Shown here piece by piece: positions 28,762 to 46,263 of a DNA stretch of 64,000 nt (positions are counted from its first letter, which is position 1; each line of letters opens with the position of its first letter). This DNA comes from Eledone cirrhosa. Its lineage: Eukaryota. The position numbers were made by a program, and so were the translations under genes. The stretch lies in the NCBI GenBank assembly GCA_964016885.1, contig OZ024746.1:34968001-35032000 (forward strand). Direction: 5' to 3'. The notes under the pieces were generated by a model, which was given only the letters and a program-made list of their open reading frames with translations, made no database searches and was not told where the DNA came from.

Positions 28762-28765
<4 letters not shown>
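28521..28765. mobile_element. Fold-back element, family U
   Basis: Near-perfect palindrome 28521-28647 (axis ~28584) and a ~115-bp tail. Homologous to 50624-50936. Confidence 0.9.
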
Positions 28766-28804
<39 letters not shown>

Positions 28805-28807
<3 letters not shown>

Positions 28808-28998
28808 CGAAGGAATTGTGGTAAGGAACCAGATGGACCATAACGCACCAGAGTACTCAATACTTAGGGTAGTACGTGGGTAATAGGAAAAGGTATGACC
28901 CCGACGGCAGATGTCAACCCGTTTCGACGGCTATTTCAGTTCAGAATTAGCCGTCGAAACGGCTTGAGCTCTGCCGTCGGGGTCATACATTTTCCTAT
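28805..28998. mobile_element. Fold-back element, family W
   Basis: Arms 28883-28933/28948-28998. Each arm holds the hammerhead 3' half GAAA-CGG...CCG-TC-GGGGTCAT. Tail on the left. Confidence 0.85.
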
Positions 28999-29260
28999 AT
29001 ATATATATATATATGAATGAATATTTGAATAATGATGTACGACAGAAGGAAAATATACTTTTGCTTAGTTTTGATTTCAAACGTAATACAAATTAACGAC
29101 CTTATCTGTCCTCCTGTCTGTACCCTGTTCCTTATAACCTAACGTACCGTACTTACCTCTTCATAGTCATTCTTCTGTTTTCCGGTATTACAACAGTAAA
29201 CAATTATCGAAAGAAAAACAGAAAAAATGTTTTAAAATGTATCAAATAGAGAGATATAAT

Positions 29261-29446
29261 TGTTTCTACTTTAGGCACAAGGCCAGCAATTACACAGTAC
29301 ATTACTGGTTCTTTATTTTATCGACCCCGTAAGGATGAAAGGCAAAGTTAACCTCGGCGGGATTTGAACTCAGATCATAAAGGGCTGTAACTCTTTGCTG
29401 CAAAGCATGGCGTCCGACCCTCTACCGATACTGCCACTCCATCGCC
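29261..29446 (-). mobile_element. SINE family S with 20-bp TSD
   Basis: TSD ATCAAATAGAGAGATATAAT at 29241-29260 and 29447-29466. Confidence 0.9.
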
Positions 29447-29769
29447 ATCAAATAGAGAGATATAATGGTAGCCGATGTTTATCACGTTGTGTCGGTATCA
29501 TCATTTCGACAACCTCAACCAAACCTATTGACAACTCCATGTATTGTTTCGATATTGTGTAAACATTGGCTATTGCTGTTCTTTGAAATACTCTCTATTA
29601 AAACAAAACGTTTCGAATGTTTTTAGATTACAATATAATAGTAATAATAGTAATAATGTAGTAGAATGGTGAGGAGAAGGTTGAGGAGAAATTTGTATTG
29701 GAGTCTTTGTGCTGTTGTGAGTTAAATATTTAGAGACAGCAGTGGCAGCATCCGCAGCAGCATCAACAG

Positions 29770-29796
29770 CAGCAGTAGTAGTAGTACTACTACTAC

Positions 29797-29850
<54 letters not shown>

Positions 29851-29859
29851 CAGTAGTAA

Positions 29860-29923
<64 letters not shown>

Positions 29924-30024
29924 AGTAGTAGTAGTAGTCGTTGTCGTCGTCGTCTTAGTAGTAGTAGTAGTAGCAGCAGCAGCAGCAGCAGCAATAGTAG
30001 TAGTCGTATTATTATTATTATTTT

Positions 30025-30062
<38 letters not shown>

Positions 30063-30065
30063 ATA
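29770..30065. repeat. (TAG)n compound microsatellite
   Basis: Direct inspection. Confidence 0.95.
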
Positions 30066-30308
30066 GTGTTGATGGTGGGGATGCATGTTGTGTGTTGGGA
30101 AGAAGAGGAAGATGTCGCATAAAAAAAATTTCCATACACTTTAATTGAAATCAATAAACATTTGCTTTCGCGTAACCTGTTTTACCATTCTTGTTAATTA
30201 ATGTGTATGTCACAGAGTTACAAGCTCACATTTAGGCACATGCTCCGATACATGCAAACTCACACACACACGCACATACACGCGCACATACTCACACACT
30301 TTATATAT

Positions 30309-30340
<32 letters not shown>

Positions 30341-30409
30341 CCCTTTTTTCTATGTGTCTCGCGACCACTCCCCTACACACCGTTGGAACTCTCTCCCCAC
30401 ACACTTTTC

Positions 30410-30441
30410 ACCTGAAGAAGGGCTTATGCCCGAAACGTCGT
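30410..30441 (+). ncRNA. Canonical minimal hammerhead (PLE type)
   Basis: AC-CTGAAGA-aGGGC/ttat/GCCC-GAAA-CG-TC-GT within a ~190-bp insert (30341-30530) between (TA)n tracts, with AATAAA downstream. Confidence 0.85.
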
Positions 30442-30527
30442 TCCCCACCACCACCCCACTCTCAAGAGCGTGAAACTAATAAACCTTTGTTCGTACTGCC
30501 TCTCTATTTTGTTCCCGTTCAATTTTT

Positions 30528-30602
<75 letters not shown>

Positions 30603-30917
30603 GATATGTGTATATATATGTATATATATATATAATCCTTACTAAATACCCCCAAAATGATTATAAACAATATGATGGAAATAACAATAGCTTCAAAGGT
30701 TGTTCGAAACAATGGTGCTTTTATAGCAAGACGGTGATTACGAAAACAACAACAACAACAATAGGTGCGACATGAGAATGTTAATGAAAATAAAATTGGC
30801 GCTTTATGACAAGTTTGTGATAACAAAAACAACAGTATTATCAAATAATTGATAACAACAACAATGACAACAACGACAACAACAACAACAACATAATAAC
30901 GACAACAACAAAAACAA

Positions 30918-31032
<115 letters not shown>

Positions 31033-32360
31033 AAACATTAACAACAACAACATCAATGATGATAATAATGATAATAATAAGCTGGCTCCTCTGTTTAAAA
31101 TGTTCTACTTTGCCATGAATGAACGTGATTCGTGAACAGCAATATAGGAATGAATATATGAATAAAAATAAAAGTATGATGTAATGAACTAACTAAGGAA
31201 ACAAGAATATATAACAATGTGTAAAGCCGATTCAAACCTGCGAAAATAGATATATAAGTTCAGAAACACATAAACTGTTTTATGAAAGAAATGCATTTAT
31301 AAAATTATAATTCTATGAATCTGTAATTAGAAATTTTGAAATCCAAATACAGATTCGTTACAAAGATAATAGCGTTAGAAAATCAATTAAAATACACTTC
31401 TAGAATGAAAATAAGTGCCCAGCCATGACTGAGAATCGAACACTGTATAACCTGTATTCCAGTATATAATTCCTAATTTGGACAGAAAAAAATTGTCAAC
31501 TGCAATTTAGCGTAAGGATTTATCTACTTGACTAGAATTCAAAGTATACTGATTTCGATGCTCTTCAGTAGTTGCTGACCATGTCTTCCTGCCCTTATCA
31601 TTATAGCGAACCTGTGTTTGAATGTTGACATTTCTTATTTCTAAACCTTCCAATTGCCTCGATAAATCGTAAGATTTGTATAAATCCGTGTTTATCCAAG
31701 AATATATGAGTGCGTGTATACATTTCTGTGTATTCATATGAAGCATAAGATGAAACCTAGAGGTCACTATCGGTTTTTCTCCAGAATATAAAGTGTACAA
31801 TCTTTTTACGCATATTGACTTCTCCCACATTTAATATTCATGTACCCTCTTTCCTCGAATTCCTTTTTATTACAGTATACATTGTGTATTAGTATTTGTC
31901 TATATGCATTTGTCAGGGCGCTTCACATGTCTGTTATACATTGAAATCTCTGAAGCTTTACTTATATGTTTTAAAGAACATAACGGGTATAATTTTGTTA
32001 AATGTAATTGAATATGACATACAATCGCAGAAAAACTAAATAATGAACAAATAAACAATTCCACAATTCTTTTACGACTCATAGAAACTTCCAGTTATAG
32101 GAAAACGAAGAAATTCTTTATAAAGAAACAACTGCTGCCGACCTAAATAAAATCTTTGATAAATAATTCAGCTGTAACATGATCTAGATGAACAGTTTTG
32201 CAACAAAAGCAAGAAATGATAAATGACGCTGGCAGCTCAGTCTATCTATCTATTCATCTATCTATCTATCTATCTATCTTCATGTATATCTATCTCCACA
32301 CACACAACAAACACAAACACAAATATACACATACACACAAGTACACCCACCCATAGATAC

Positions 32361-32507
<147 letters not shown>

Positions 32508-32515
32508 CTTATATA

Positions 32516-32552
<37 letters not shown>

Positions 32553-33457
32553 TGAGAGTTTACTAGCTGGATTATTATAACTAGATATATTGAGGCCATT
32601 TACTATGAAAGTGTAGACAGTGATAGTGCTACACTGAAAATAGACATTAGGACTTCTGAAATCTTCTAATAAGAGAAATTGCTCAAAGCATGTATAACCA
32701 AAGTAAAAGAAAATAGAAAACAGAAAGTTTAAACCAGAATTATTGAAAATACGTAAGAACATTATATAAAACACTGTGTAAATCCAAAACCAACGACAAC
32801 CATATATCTTTTGCACATTCTCGAATATCTTGTTCTAAGATTTAGCGCAGAAGGCAACGAAATCAAAATAATATTATGTATGGTCATATCCCAACTATAC
32901 ATTCCTTCTGTTGCATGTAATAGAGAAAGTGTTTTTTTTCTGATCAGATATCATACTAGAAATGATGCACTGATATCCCTCAAATAACATCAGACTTTTA
33001 CAAATATCTTACTTATATATACGAAAATGTCACAGCTGGAATGCCTGATAGTATTGGTTTTCTCCATTAGGGTTGGACTGTGGATAAACAACAACACTCA
33101 CCCCAGGAAACTAATCAGCAACTCTTTGGAATATCATTTCCCACCAATATACAGCTATCTTCCTAGATGTTTACGGATATCAATTAAAATTTCTATCGAG
33201 TCAGTTAAAAGTTACTTAAACAAATTTCGTTTTAGAAGGCAGCTTCCAGCAGTACAGATACTACTCGCATACACCATTGTAAATACGAAATGTTGAAATA
33301 AAATAAAACAATAAATTATCAAATAATAGAGGTGCATTGATACATGTTAACGCACAAAGTCACAAAAACATAAGTACCCATGCACACAAGCACTCGCATG
33401 CCTCCACACACATACTCTCTCACACACACAAGCACACTTAACCATACGCACATAGAC

Positions 33458-33498
<41 letters not shown>

Positions 33499-33898
33499 AA
33501 TACATGTGCGTTCGTGTTCTATAGGACTAACAAAACGTGGATCATAACATATGTAGTATATGTTTATGAATAATAAACAGAGAAGAATCTGGGGTATTTG
33601 ATACAAATATTGTAAACAAGGATTATGACAGACGTGTCTCAGACACGTGATTCTGGATTTTGTTCAATCATAGATGACAGGGAGAACGTACAGGAAGAAA
33701 TAATAAGCTAAATCATGTGTTGTTTTTTTTAAAACATCGGTAGAGACATTCATTTGAAAGTCAGTAGAATGATAATTAACCCTAAACAGTCAGCTTCGTA
33801 TTTGATTAAGCCAGCTACAAGGCATCCTGACAAAGCTGGAACTTTGAATAAAAGATCGAATATATTTTTGCCAGCTGTGTAGATTGTAGGAAGGTGAA

Positions 33899-33961
<63 letters not shown>

Positions 33962-34062
33962 TGGGTGGTCCTGGATTGTTTCATATTACGTGATCTACTG
34001 CCCCAAGTATTGAGTACTCCTGTGAGTAATGGTCTAACCTATTTACACCGCCTCATTTTGAC

Positions 34063-34754
<692 letters not shown>

Positions 34755-34762
34755 CATATACA

Positions 34763-34804
<42 letters not shown>

Positions 34805-34816
34805 CATACATATACA

Positions 34817-34857
<41 letters not shown>

Positions 34858-34861
34858 TAAT

Positions 34862-35047
34862 GAGGGTGGATTGGCAGTATCGGTAGAGGGTCGGACGCTA
34901 TGCTCTCCAGCATAGTTACGTCCCTTTACGATCTGAGTTCAAATCCCGCCGAGGTTGACTTTGCTTTCATCCTTACGGGGTCGATAAAATAAAGTCCTAG
35001 TAATGCACTGGGTAATTGCTGGCCTTGTGCCTAAAGTAGAAACAATT
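34862..35047 (+). mobile_element. SINE family S
   Basis: Full-length copy with ATTAATGAGG repeated at both ends. Confidence 0.9.
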
Positions 35048-35227
35048 AATGAGGTACATACTTAATATGTTGTGAGGCTAGACATGTCATGAAGAGAGGA
35101 ATATGGCAAAGACCGAACTATCTTTTTGTAATGATGGTATTTTGCTCCTGTTACGAACTGAAGTCTATTTCTTCCAATCAGGTACACATACTCATAAATG
35201 CAAACATTCACACATACAGACTATATA

Positions 35228-35307
<80 letters not shown>

Positions 35308-35798
35308 CCTATGTGTGTATGTGTGCCTCTGTGTGTATGAGTGCGTGTGCAAGCGTGTGTGCACATGTGTAAACATACACATACACGCGTGCTCACACAA
35401 CTGGACACATCAATATGGATGCATGTGTAAGTTTAGGTGCGTGTGTTTTGGGGAATTCACAATTGCTGCCAATTACATCAGACTTGTATGTTCTTGAAAG
35501 GGACTACTTAACACTTCGTTATATATCATTTATAGAAGAATTCTAAACTGTAAATTGGAAAATGAAGAAATCATTCTTTTCCGTTTATCTATCGACCTCA
35601 CCGCACCAACATCAACTATTGTCAGCCTATGTGTGTGTCTTAGTACTTTAGTAACTTTATGTATGTATTTCTGTTTCTTTTTTTTTACTTTTCTACATTT
35701 TGGATTCTTTATTGTGTTGCATCTCTTTTCACGCACATCATTTTTTTTTGTCCGTTCTTTCTTTTTTATTTATTTATCAGAGTTTTTATATGCTTTTT

Positions 35799-35874
<76 letters not shown>

Positions 35875-36466
35875 TGGTGTGTGTGCGTGTGTGTGTGCGT
35901 GTATGTGTGTGCGTTTGTCTGTGTGTGTTTGTGTGAGTGTGTGTGTATGTGTCTGTAAGACAGTGAGGAAAAAAGCAATAGAGATAGGTACACAAATATA
36001 AACATACATACATGCATATATATATACATATTTATTTACATACATACATACATACATAAATACATAATAGATTCATACATACGGTGATGGATTTAGGTAT
36101 CTGTGTATGTATACGTCTGTATATTTGAGAGTGAGGTTTTCTTGATAGCTCTATATCCTTTTTAGGAATAAACCTCTGTTCCTATGTCTTTCTTTACGTC
36201 TTCCTTAAAGCTTTTCGGTGATGTTTGTCTCTCTCGTAATCTTTTTCTTAATTACTCTCTTAATGTTTATACTAGTCCATCTTTCTAATATCACTAAATA
36301 TGTACCTTCACGTCTGCATTTCGATCTATATGTGTAGCTATCTACAGAGTTCTATTTCTCTGTCTTGCGTGTATACATATATAACATCTTGAATGAATCT
36401 TCGTATATTGGCGCATCTATTTGTATATATATAATTCAGATTCCAGTTGTCTATCTATCTATCTAC

Positions 36467-36915
36467 GAAAGAGGTTGTATGGTGGACAAGGTTGAAAGGG
36501 CTGAGGTCAGACACCTTTCTCTCCGGCCAACAACTGATTCTTTTTTTCAAATACCACTTTGGAAGAAGAATCAGAATGGAGAGAGAGGTGCTGTACCCCA
36601 GCAAGGTTTATGAAAGGTGGGTGAAAGTGGCGAGAATGGCCCGAGTGAATGGGCCTTCTCTCTATATCAGCCTGTAGGTTGAGGAAAAAGAGTAGGAGAG
36701 GAAAGCAGTAGAAACTCTTCGTACTCCTGGAGATGAGGGTTGCACATTTTTTTTCGGGGGTATGTGTTACCCATATAAAATGTCTCCCCCTATTGGGGAA
36801 AATCGACTAATTTTTAAATTGCATTTGTGATAACATTTTACACGTTTTTATTGTATGTAAACTTCCCCCTTTGTATGTGTCCCCTTCTGTTGTGCCCCTG
36901 TGGCTAATAAAGAAA
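36467..36915 (+). mobile_element. LINE 3' end in (TCTA)n, second copy
   Basis: Frame of ORF 36447-36677 (VVWWTRLKG...FFKYHFGRRIRMERE). AATAAA present. (TCTA)n on both sides. Confidence 0.7.
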
Positions 36916-37373
36916 CATCTATCTATCTATCTAGCTAGCTACCTACCTATGTATTTATCAATCAATCTATCTACCACCATTCTATTTATCTGACAATCAA
37001 TCTATCTATCTATCTACCTATCAACATATAAAACTGCTGTTGTATGTGTGTGTGTGTGTCCGCATTTTTGCAAAGTCTATACAAAACCACATTTCTACTC
37101 CCGTTGACTTCAAACTTGCATTTATATTTTCCTTGCGTTCTAAAGATATTAACTGCAGCTTTTATTGTTCAATTTTCTGTTGTTAAAGGGGTGTTAGGCG
37201 CTGGTTATCGATCTCCGTCGAGCCCTTATTTTATCTGTCTGTATGTCTGTATGTCTGCATAACGACATTCTGACGAATAGGTCATTGCTGACGTATTATC
37301 TTCATTCACACACAAACACACACAAGCACACAAACACACACATATATATATGTACATATATACTTATATATAC

Positions 37374-37418
<45 letters not shown>

Positions 37419-37554
37419 TACATATATATATATACATATATACATATATAGATATACATATATACACATATATAAATATACACATAAAATATATGTATAT
37501 ATACACACACACACACATATATATATATATAAATATATATATATACATACACAT

Positions 37555-37603
<49 letters not shown>

Positions 37604-37622
37604 TATATATATATATATGCAT

Positions 37623-37681
<59 letters not shown>

Positions 37682-37696
37682 TATACATACAAACAC

Positions 37697-37745
<49 letters not shown>

Positions 37746-38111
37746 GTTTCGTTGACAAGTATATAAATGTGCCCAGACACGCAGATATATTGCCCTTGGT
37801 ATGACAGTATGCTTGTGCTTTGATGTATCTCTGCTTTACTTTATTTTTTTTTATTGGTTGTTTTATTGTTTTTTATCATGCTGAGTAACACCTTCACTCA
37901 TTCCTTATCATCTATTTCACCATTTCTGTGATAAATATTTTATATAAGTTTTGATGTAATTTTTTATGACATTTCATGACATTATGTGCGTCATGTATTG
38001 TGTCTTTTTATATATAGCGCTGGTCTCGGGACCCCCCTGATGGTCCTTTAACCTTGTTCTGGTGACGCTGCGTGATGGAGCATGCAACTATTGATATACT
38101 CTTGTTTATAG

Positions 38112-38156
38112 GCTCTGATGATTCCTGCCATAGGACATGGATGAAACACTCTTAGC
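38112..38156 (+). ncRNA. Hammerhead motif at the 3' end of an insert (37745-38205)
   Basis: GCT-CTGATGA-tTCC..GGAt-GAAA-cactc-TT-AGC, then AATAAA. Confidence 0.6.
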
Positions 38157-38219
38157 TAATAAAACAATGTATTTCTAAGCGCTCTTTGGTTATTCCTAAA
38201 ATGATATATATATATATAT

Positions 38220-38375
38220 AATAGGAACAAGTATGAACCCAGAATTAGCCGTCGAAACGGCTAGAGCTCTGCCGTCGGGGCCATACTTGTTCCTATTACC
38301 CACTCTACTACCCTAAATAGTGAGTACTTTGGTGCGTTATGGTCCATCTGGTTCATTACCACATTTCCTTCGTTA
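38220..38375. mobile_element. Family W mini fold-back
   Basis: ATAGGAACAAGTATG/CATACTTGTTCCTAT arms, hammerhead 3' half and tail. Homologous to 28805-28998. Confidence 0.8.
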
Positions 38376-38393
38376 TATATATATATATATGAG

Positions 38394-38720
38394 ATGGGTA
38401 GTTCCAAATTACCATTCCTAGATATAATGATAATCAAAAACGACACCACAATTACCACGGTTATATATTATAAACACACTGACACCCATCAATATCTGAA
38501 TTTAAAGTCGTGCCATCCACCTCATACAAAACGCAACATCCAATACTGCCTAGCCAGAAGAATTTGTACCATTGTAGAAGATACGAATACCAGGTACAAA
38601 CGCCTAACAGAACTAAGAGAATTTTTGCTCAAACAAAAATAGCCATCTCTACTTAAAGAAAATGGCATACAGCGGGCTATAAAAATACCTATACAACAAC
38701 TTAGGACAGTTCAATTAACA
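38394..38720 (+). mobile_element. PLE RT C-terminal (thumb) fragment
   Basis: LPFLDIMI...YYKHTDTHQYLNLKSCHPPHTKRNIQYCLARRI, a PLE signature. In-frame stop follows. Confidence 0.85.
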
Positions 38721-38808
38721 CTTAACATTTAATATTCTACCATACTATTTCATTCTAATACCATTATGAATTTTAAAGGATTGTAAATAAAACGAGTAAA
38801 TCAGACAG

Positions 38809-40260
<1,452 letters not shown>

Positions 40261-40261
40261 G

Positions 40262-40297
<36 letters not shown>

Positions 40298-40855
40298 GTA
40301 TATATATGTGTGCGTGTATATATATATACAGATACATATGTATATATATGTGTGCGTGTGTTTATGTATGCATATATATATATATATATTAATAAAAGGA
40401 ATTCCAACTTTGTCTGATTTACTCGTTTTACTTACAATCCTTTAAAATGTATAATGGTATTAGAATGAAATAGTATGGTAGAATATTAAATGTTAAGTGT
40501 CAATTCAACTGTCCTAAGTTGTTGTATAGGTATTTTTATAGCCAGTTGTATACCTTTTTTCTATATATATATACATACACAGAGATACTTTGTAGGTCGC
40601 TTTAACCCGTCTTCTATTATTCAAAAAACTTCTTGCCAATAAACATTAACCCTTTGTGCACCATGCATCTAACTCTAACCCAACAAATACCAAGTAAACG
40701 GAGCGCTGACAAGAACGATGGCGAATGATTCTTCTAGGTAAGCAGTTTCCTCCCGAGCCGTTAGTTCACGCGGGATTCTCTGCTACACCTTTTCGTAATA
40801 ATACCGAACAACGTACTGCTGGTCACTCCTTCTTCCAAAAGCCGTACAAAGCATC

Positions 40856-41266
<411 letters not shown>

Positions 41267-41268
41267 TA

Positions 41269-41760
<492 letters not shown>

Positions 41761-41867
41761 AGACCATACATACGTATCCGCCAACGGACATACACATACA
41801 TACGTACACACAAATACATACACACACACACACAAACACACACACACGCACGCACGCATGCACACAT

Positions 41868-42113
41868 ACCTTTTCACTTCAAAATACTTAAGAAGACGGA
41901 GAAATATGTGTTGTTGAAACGCACATGTCACAGCGCCTAACTCGTCTCATACTCGTTCCGCAAAAAAAAAAACAGCCGGTTTTATGGGACTAAAAACCGG
42001 CTGTTATTTTTAGCGGCACGAGTATGATTTGAGTTAGGCGCTGTGACATGTGACATGTGCGTTTCAACAACACATATTTCTCAATCTTTTTAAGTAATTT
42101 GAAGTGAAAGGTA
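41868..42113. mobile_element. Palindromic MITE-like element
   Basis: ~115-bp imperfect arms (TACCTTTTCACTTCAAA...TTTGAAGTGAAAGGTA), axis ~41988. No hammerhead seen. Confidence 0.65.
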
Positions 42114-42380
42114 CGAATTTCCTTGATACCCGCAGAAGAGCACAGGGATAGTATCTTTCACTTAATAATTGTTGCGAAACAAAGTTAGAATGTGTCCGGG
42201 TATCACGGCCATTGCCAATATAGCTTTGTCATTTTTATTGATTTATTACTTCAAATCGAGACAGGCAAATTTTAAATCAGTATTTTTCAACCTAGCTAAC
42301 TTGGTCATTTGCAATTCGAACACATGTATACTTGTATCAGTGTTCATCCTCTCATATATTCATATATATATATATATATA

Positions 42381-42454
<74 letters not shown>

Positions 42455-42456
42455 TG

Positions 42457-42496
<40 letters not shown>

Positions 42497-43189
42497 TGTA
42501 TGTATATATATGTATATATATATATATATATAATGAAAAATTTGAACAGGGACAGAACAGAGAGGCAGTACAATAAATGTTTATTAAATTCATATATATA
42601 TATAGATATATATATATACACACAAATGAATATATGAGAGGGATGAACACTGATACAACGTTTTATATATATATACATATATATATATATATAATGTTTA
42701 ATAAAAATTGCTTCTAGAGGACTAGAACTGTAGCATCGATTCCTATGTTAAACTTTGTATATACTCTACTATGTATCGAGTACCTTACATTCTTTGGTTA
42801 GCCCCGAGAACCCGGGATATACATATCTATCTGTCTATCTATATCTATATATATAAATATATATATATATATAAATAACGTCCGAGGCTGTTTAATTTTT
42901 TTTTTCTTGGTTTTTCAAAATTAGGGTGCGTCCTCAAGGACGAAGCATCTTTGTCGAACGTCTATCTTCGCCGCTAACATTGGTTAGACGGGTTTGTCTC
43001 ATATAAGAGTGCAGTGAATTTCGTAAATATACCCAATGTTGGTAGAACATTCAGTCCAAGAGATGAGTTAGAATATACAACACTTGGTTAAAATTCACAT
43101 ATACATATCAAATGCGCACTGTTCACTGAGAAAGTTATTGATTCATTTAATTCAAAACTTCACCGAAAATGACTATAGTTATAATGTAC

Positions 43190-43690
43190 AAATTCTTATT
43201 AAACCATCGTTTTTCTTCTGTGCATGTCGAATATTTGATTTTGGTATAATAGTGAAATATGGAAATTTGGCAATATAGGTCTTCCGCATCTCTGTATTTG
43301 TTGTCCCAGGGGAAACTTTCTGGTGTACTGTTTCCTAATTTGCTGGCATCGTATTAGCATCCTTTGTTCAAGTGTATATGACCTGTTTAGCCAATTTAGT
43401 ATTCGTAACACCCTTTACATGATATAATATATATTAACTTATATGTATTTCACGAAAGGTTTTGCTCTTGCTTTTCCGTATCTGTGTTTAAACAATGCTA
43501 TTTGTTTCAGGAGTAAATTGATATCTCTTGTATTAAACATTTTGGACAATGTATGTACTGAAAATTTATTTTATAAGCTATATATTGGAATTTTGATGTA
43601 TGAATGGGACCAGCGTAGAACCTGGTGATGTTCTATTTTGCCTTCTCAAAGAGTTATGTTCTATGCGACTTTTTATTAATGGGCACATAT
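43190..43690 (-). mobile_element. Decayed PLE GIY-YIG fragment
   Basis: Minus strand, across frameshifts and stops: IY..CKGCYEY*IG*TG..LEQRM...QQIR. Confidence 0.6.
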
Positions 43691-43693
43691 ATG

Positions 43694-43764
<71 letters not shown>

Positions 43765-43773
<9 letters not shown>

Positions 43774-44600
43774 ATATTAAGACATGGAAACTATATTTAT
43801 AAAACCATATTTATTTCATTATACATATTTCAAGGGCCACCGAGGCAAACTATGGTGCGCTTTCATCAGATAAAATATAATATAGGTTAGTTTTATAAAT
43901 AAATATTGACATACCCTTAAAAAATGCAACCATTCTGGTTGGAATCTCCTGGATAGTGGAGTTATTAGATTTATTGTTGATTTATTGTTGGTTTATTATG
44001 CAAATTAGTGTCGGAAAAGTTTAAATTACAGTATATTTAAATTAAGCCGTTGGAATAGGAAAAAAAGAAAGAAAGAACATTATTATTGTTTATGCATGTT
44101 GCGGTATTCATCCACGCTATATTTATTTCTTCGTCTCTTCTCTCAAAATTACGCTGTTCTCTCTCAGGTTCTTTCTCTTTCTTTCTTTCGGTTTTTTTCT
44201 ATTTTTTCTCTTTTTTCTCTTTCTTTCTTTTTTTCCCCATTCTAACGGCTTAATTTAAATATACTGTTATTTAAACCTTTACGACACTAATTTGCATAAT
44301 AAACCAACAATAAATCTATTAACTCCACTATCCAGGAGATTCCAACCAGAATGGTTGCATTTTTTAAGGGTATGTCAATATTTATTTATAAAACTAACCT
44401 ATATTATATTTTATCTGATGAAAGCGCACCATAGTTTTCATTGGTGGCCCTTGAAATATGTATAATGAAATAAATATGGTTTTATAAATATAGTTTCTAT
44501 TTGTTAATATATTGTATATTTACTCCAATAATTTGTTGAGTGCTTTATATCAGTTATATCAGTTATTTTGCTTGTTGTATACAAATTAAATATATCCTCT

Positions 44601-44605
<5 letters not shown>
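43765..44605. mobile_element. Large family Z fold-back, two hammerheads
   Basis: ~300-bp arms (43765-44070 / ~44222-44519). Hammerheads at 43813-43876 (-) and 44408-44471 (+). Tail on the right. Confidence 0.9.
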
Positions 44606-44687
<82 letters not shown>

Positions 44688-44689
44688 GT

Positions 44690-44722
<33 letters not shown>

Positions 44723-44848
44723 TGAGAGAGAGACAGAGAGATATTTGTGTGTGTGTATCCATGGTGTGTATGTGTGTGCTTGTGTGTCTGAGTGTTCGTA
44801 TGTGGGTATGTATGAATGTATATACATACACGCACGCACACGTGCATA

Positions 44849-44888
<40 letters not shown>

Positions 44889-45443
44889 CATATATATATG
44901 TAAAGATTTACGTATACATATATATATATGTATGTGTGTGTGTGATATGTATATGCGTGTGTCTACGTGTTTGGGAGTATGTGTGTGAGTGTGAGGGTGC
45001 ATGTATATATGTGTGTTTGTGCGTACATGTATATTCTCTGAAACAATATTATGTACTAGAAATGCTCTAAATAGTAAGATGTTTGTCTAAGAATGTAGAA
45101 TTCAAAGACGTCAAGTATGTTACTTTGGCATCTAAGGAACTGAATAATGTCAATTCTATTTATAAACAGCAATATCACATGAATAGGTGATTCCTTGAAG
45201 GATATTTAAACGGATTGCTCAGTGTTTTATTAACAATCTTTACTTGTATGCGTAGACACGCATACTGACCTATCTCACCATATCTCAGTATTTGCAGAAC
45301 TCTATTCTGACTCTATCTATTTACCGCTTCCTTTACTTCTCTCTCTACCCTGTCTCCATCTCTCACCCTCTATCTACTTCTCTCTCCCTCTATTTGCCTT
45401 TCTCCCTCTATCTACCTTTCTTTGTCCCTCTCTCCCTCTCTCA

Positions 45444-46001
45444 TACAAACAAACCGAGCATTATAATAATTGTTCGGTAAACCCATACGTACATATGTTA
45501 TATATGTGTGTGTGCATGTATGTATGTATATTAATACTACTGTACATCTGTATACATATATGTATGTACGTATACATACTTATATTTAAGTATCAGCCAT
45601 ACTAAGAGTGAGAAATGAAATGTTTTATATTTATCGTTTTCGGTTCGCCCGGCCGACTAACTCACTCGATATGCAAAATAAGCTGCTCAGCCGTTAATAT
45701 TCGTAAGAACGTATTTACTTTCAAACATTCAATCAAATGACAGGAATGTATACGGTACTAATGACAGCTAATAAGCTAGAAACTAGTCCATCGTTCCTTT
45801 GTCAGTGTTGAACAAAAGGACAAAGATGGTTGCCGACCACTGTGTGGTTAATAGTTCGGGCTGTTTGTTTACAAACAAACCGAGCATTATAATAAATGTT
45901 CGGTAAACCCATACGTACATATATATATATGTGTGTGCATGTATGTATGTATATACATACTACTGTACGTATGTATACATATATGTATGTACGTATACAT
46001 A

Positions 46002-46006
<5 letters not shown>
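45444..46006 (+). mobile_element. Partial tandem (426-bp period) containing a mutated hammerhead
   Basis: Direct repeats start at 45444 and 45870. CGGTA-CTAATGA-cAGCT/aata/AGCTa-GAAA-CTAG-TC-CATCG at 45753-45793. Reverse copy at ~63835-64000. Confidence 0.7.
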
Positions 46007-46051
<45 letters not shown>

Positions 46052-46183
46052 CGGGGATCGGAATTAAGAGTATTCCGCATTTCACATTAATAATAATAAT
46101 ATTAGCTTAAAGAGGAATAGAGAATTTTCTTCTGAGTGTTATTTATCTATATGTATGTTAATATATATATATATACATATATT

Positions 46184-46223
<40 letters not shown>

Positions 46224-46224
46224 C

Positions 46225-46263
<39 letters not shown>

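Noticed and set aside
31730-32030. C2H2 zinc-finger exon (SGEKP on the minus strand)
   Set aside because: No intact CxxC/HxxxH spacing, and stops are present. At most an unrecognisable relic.
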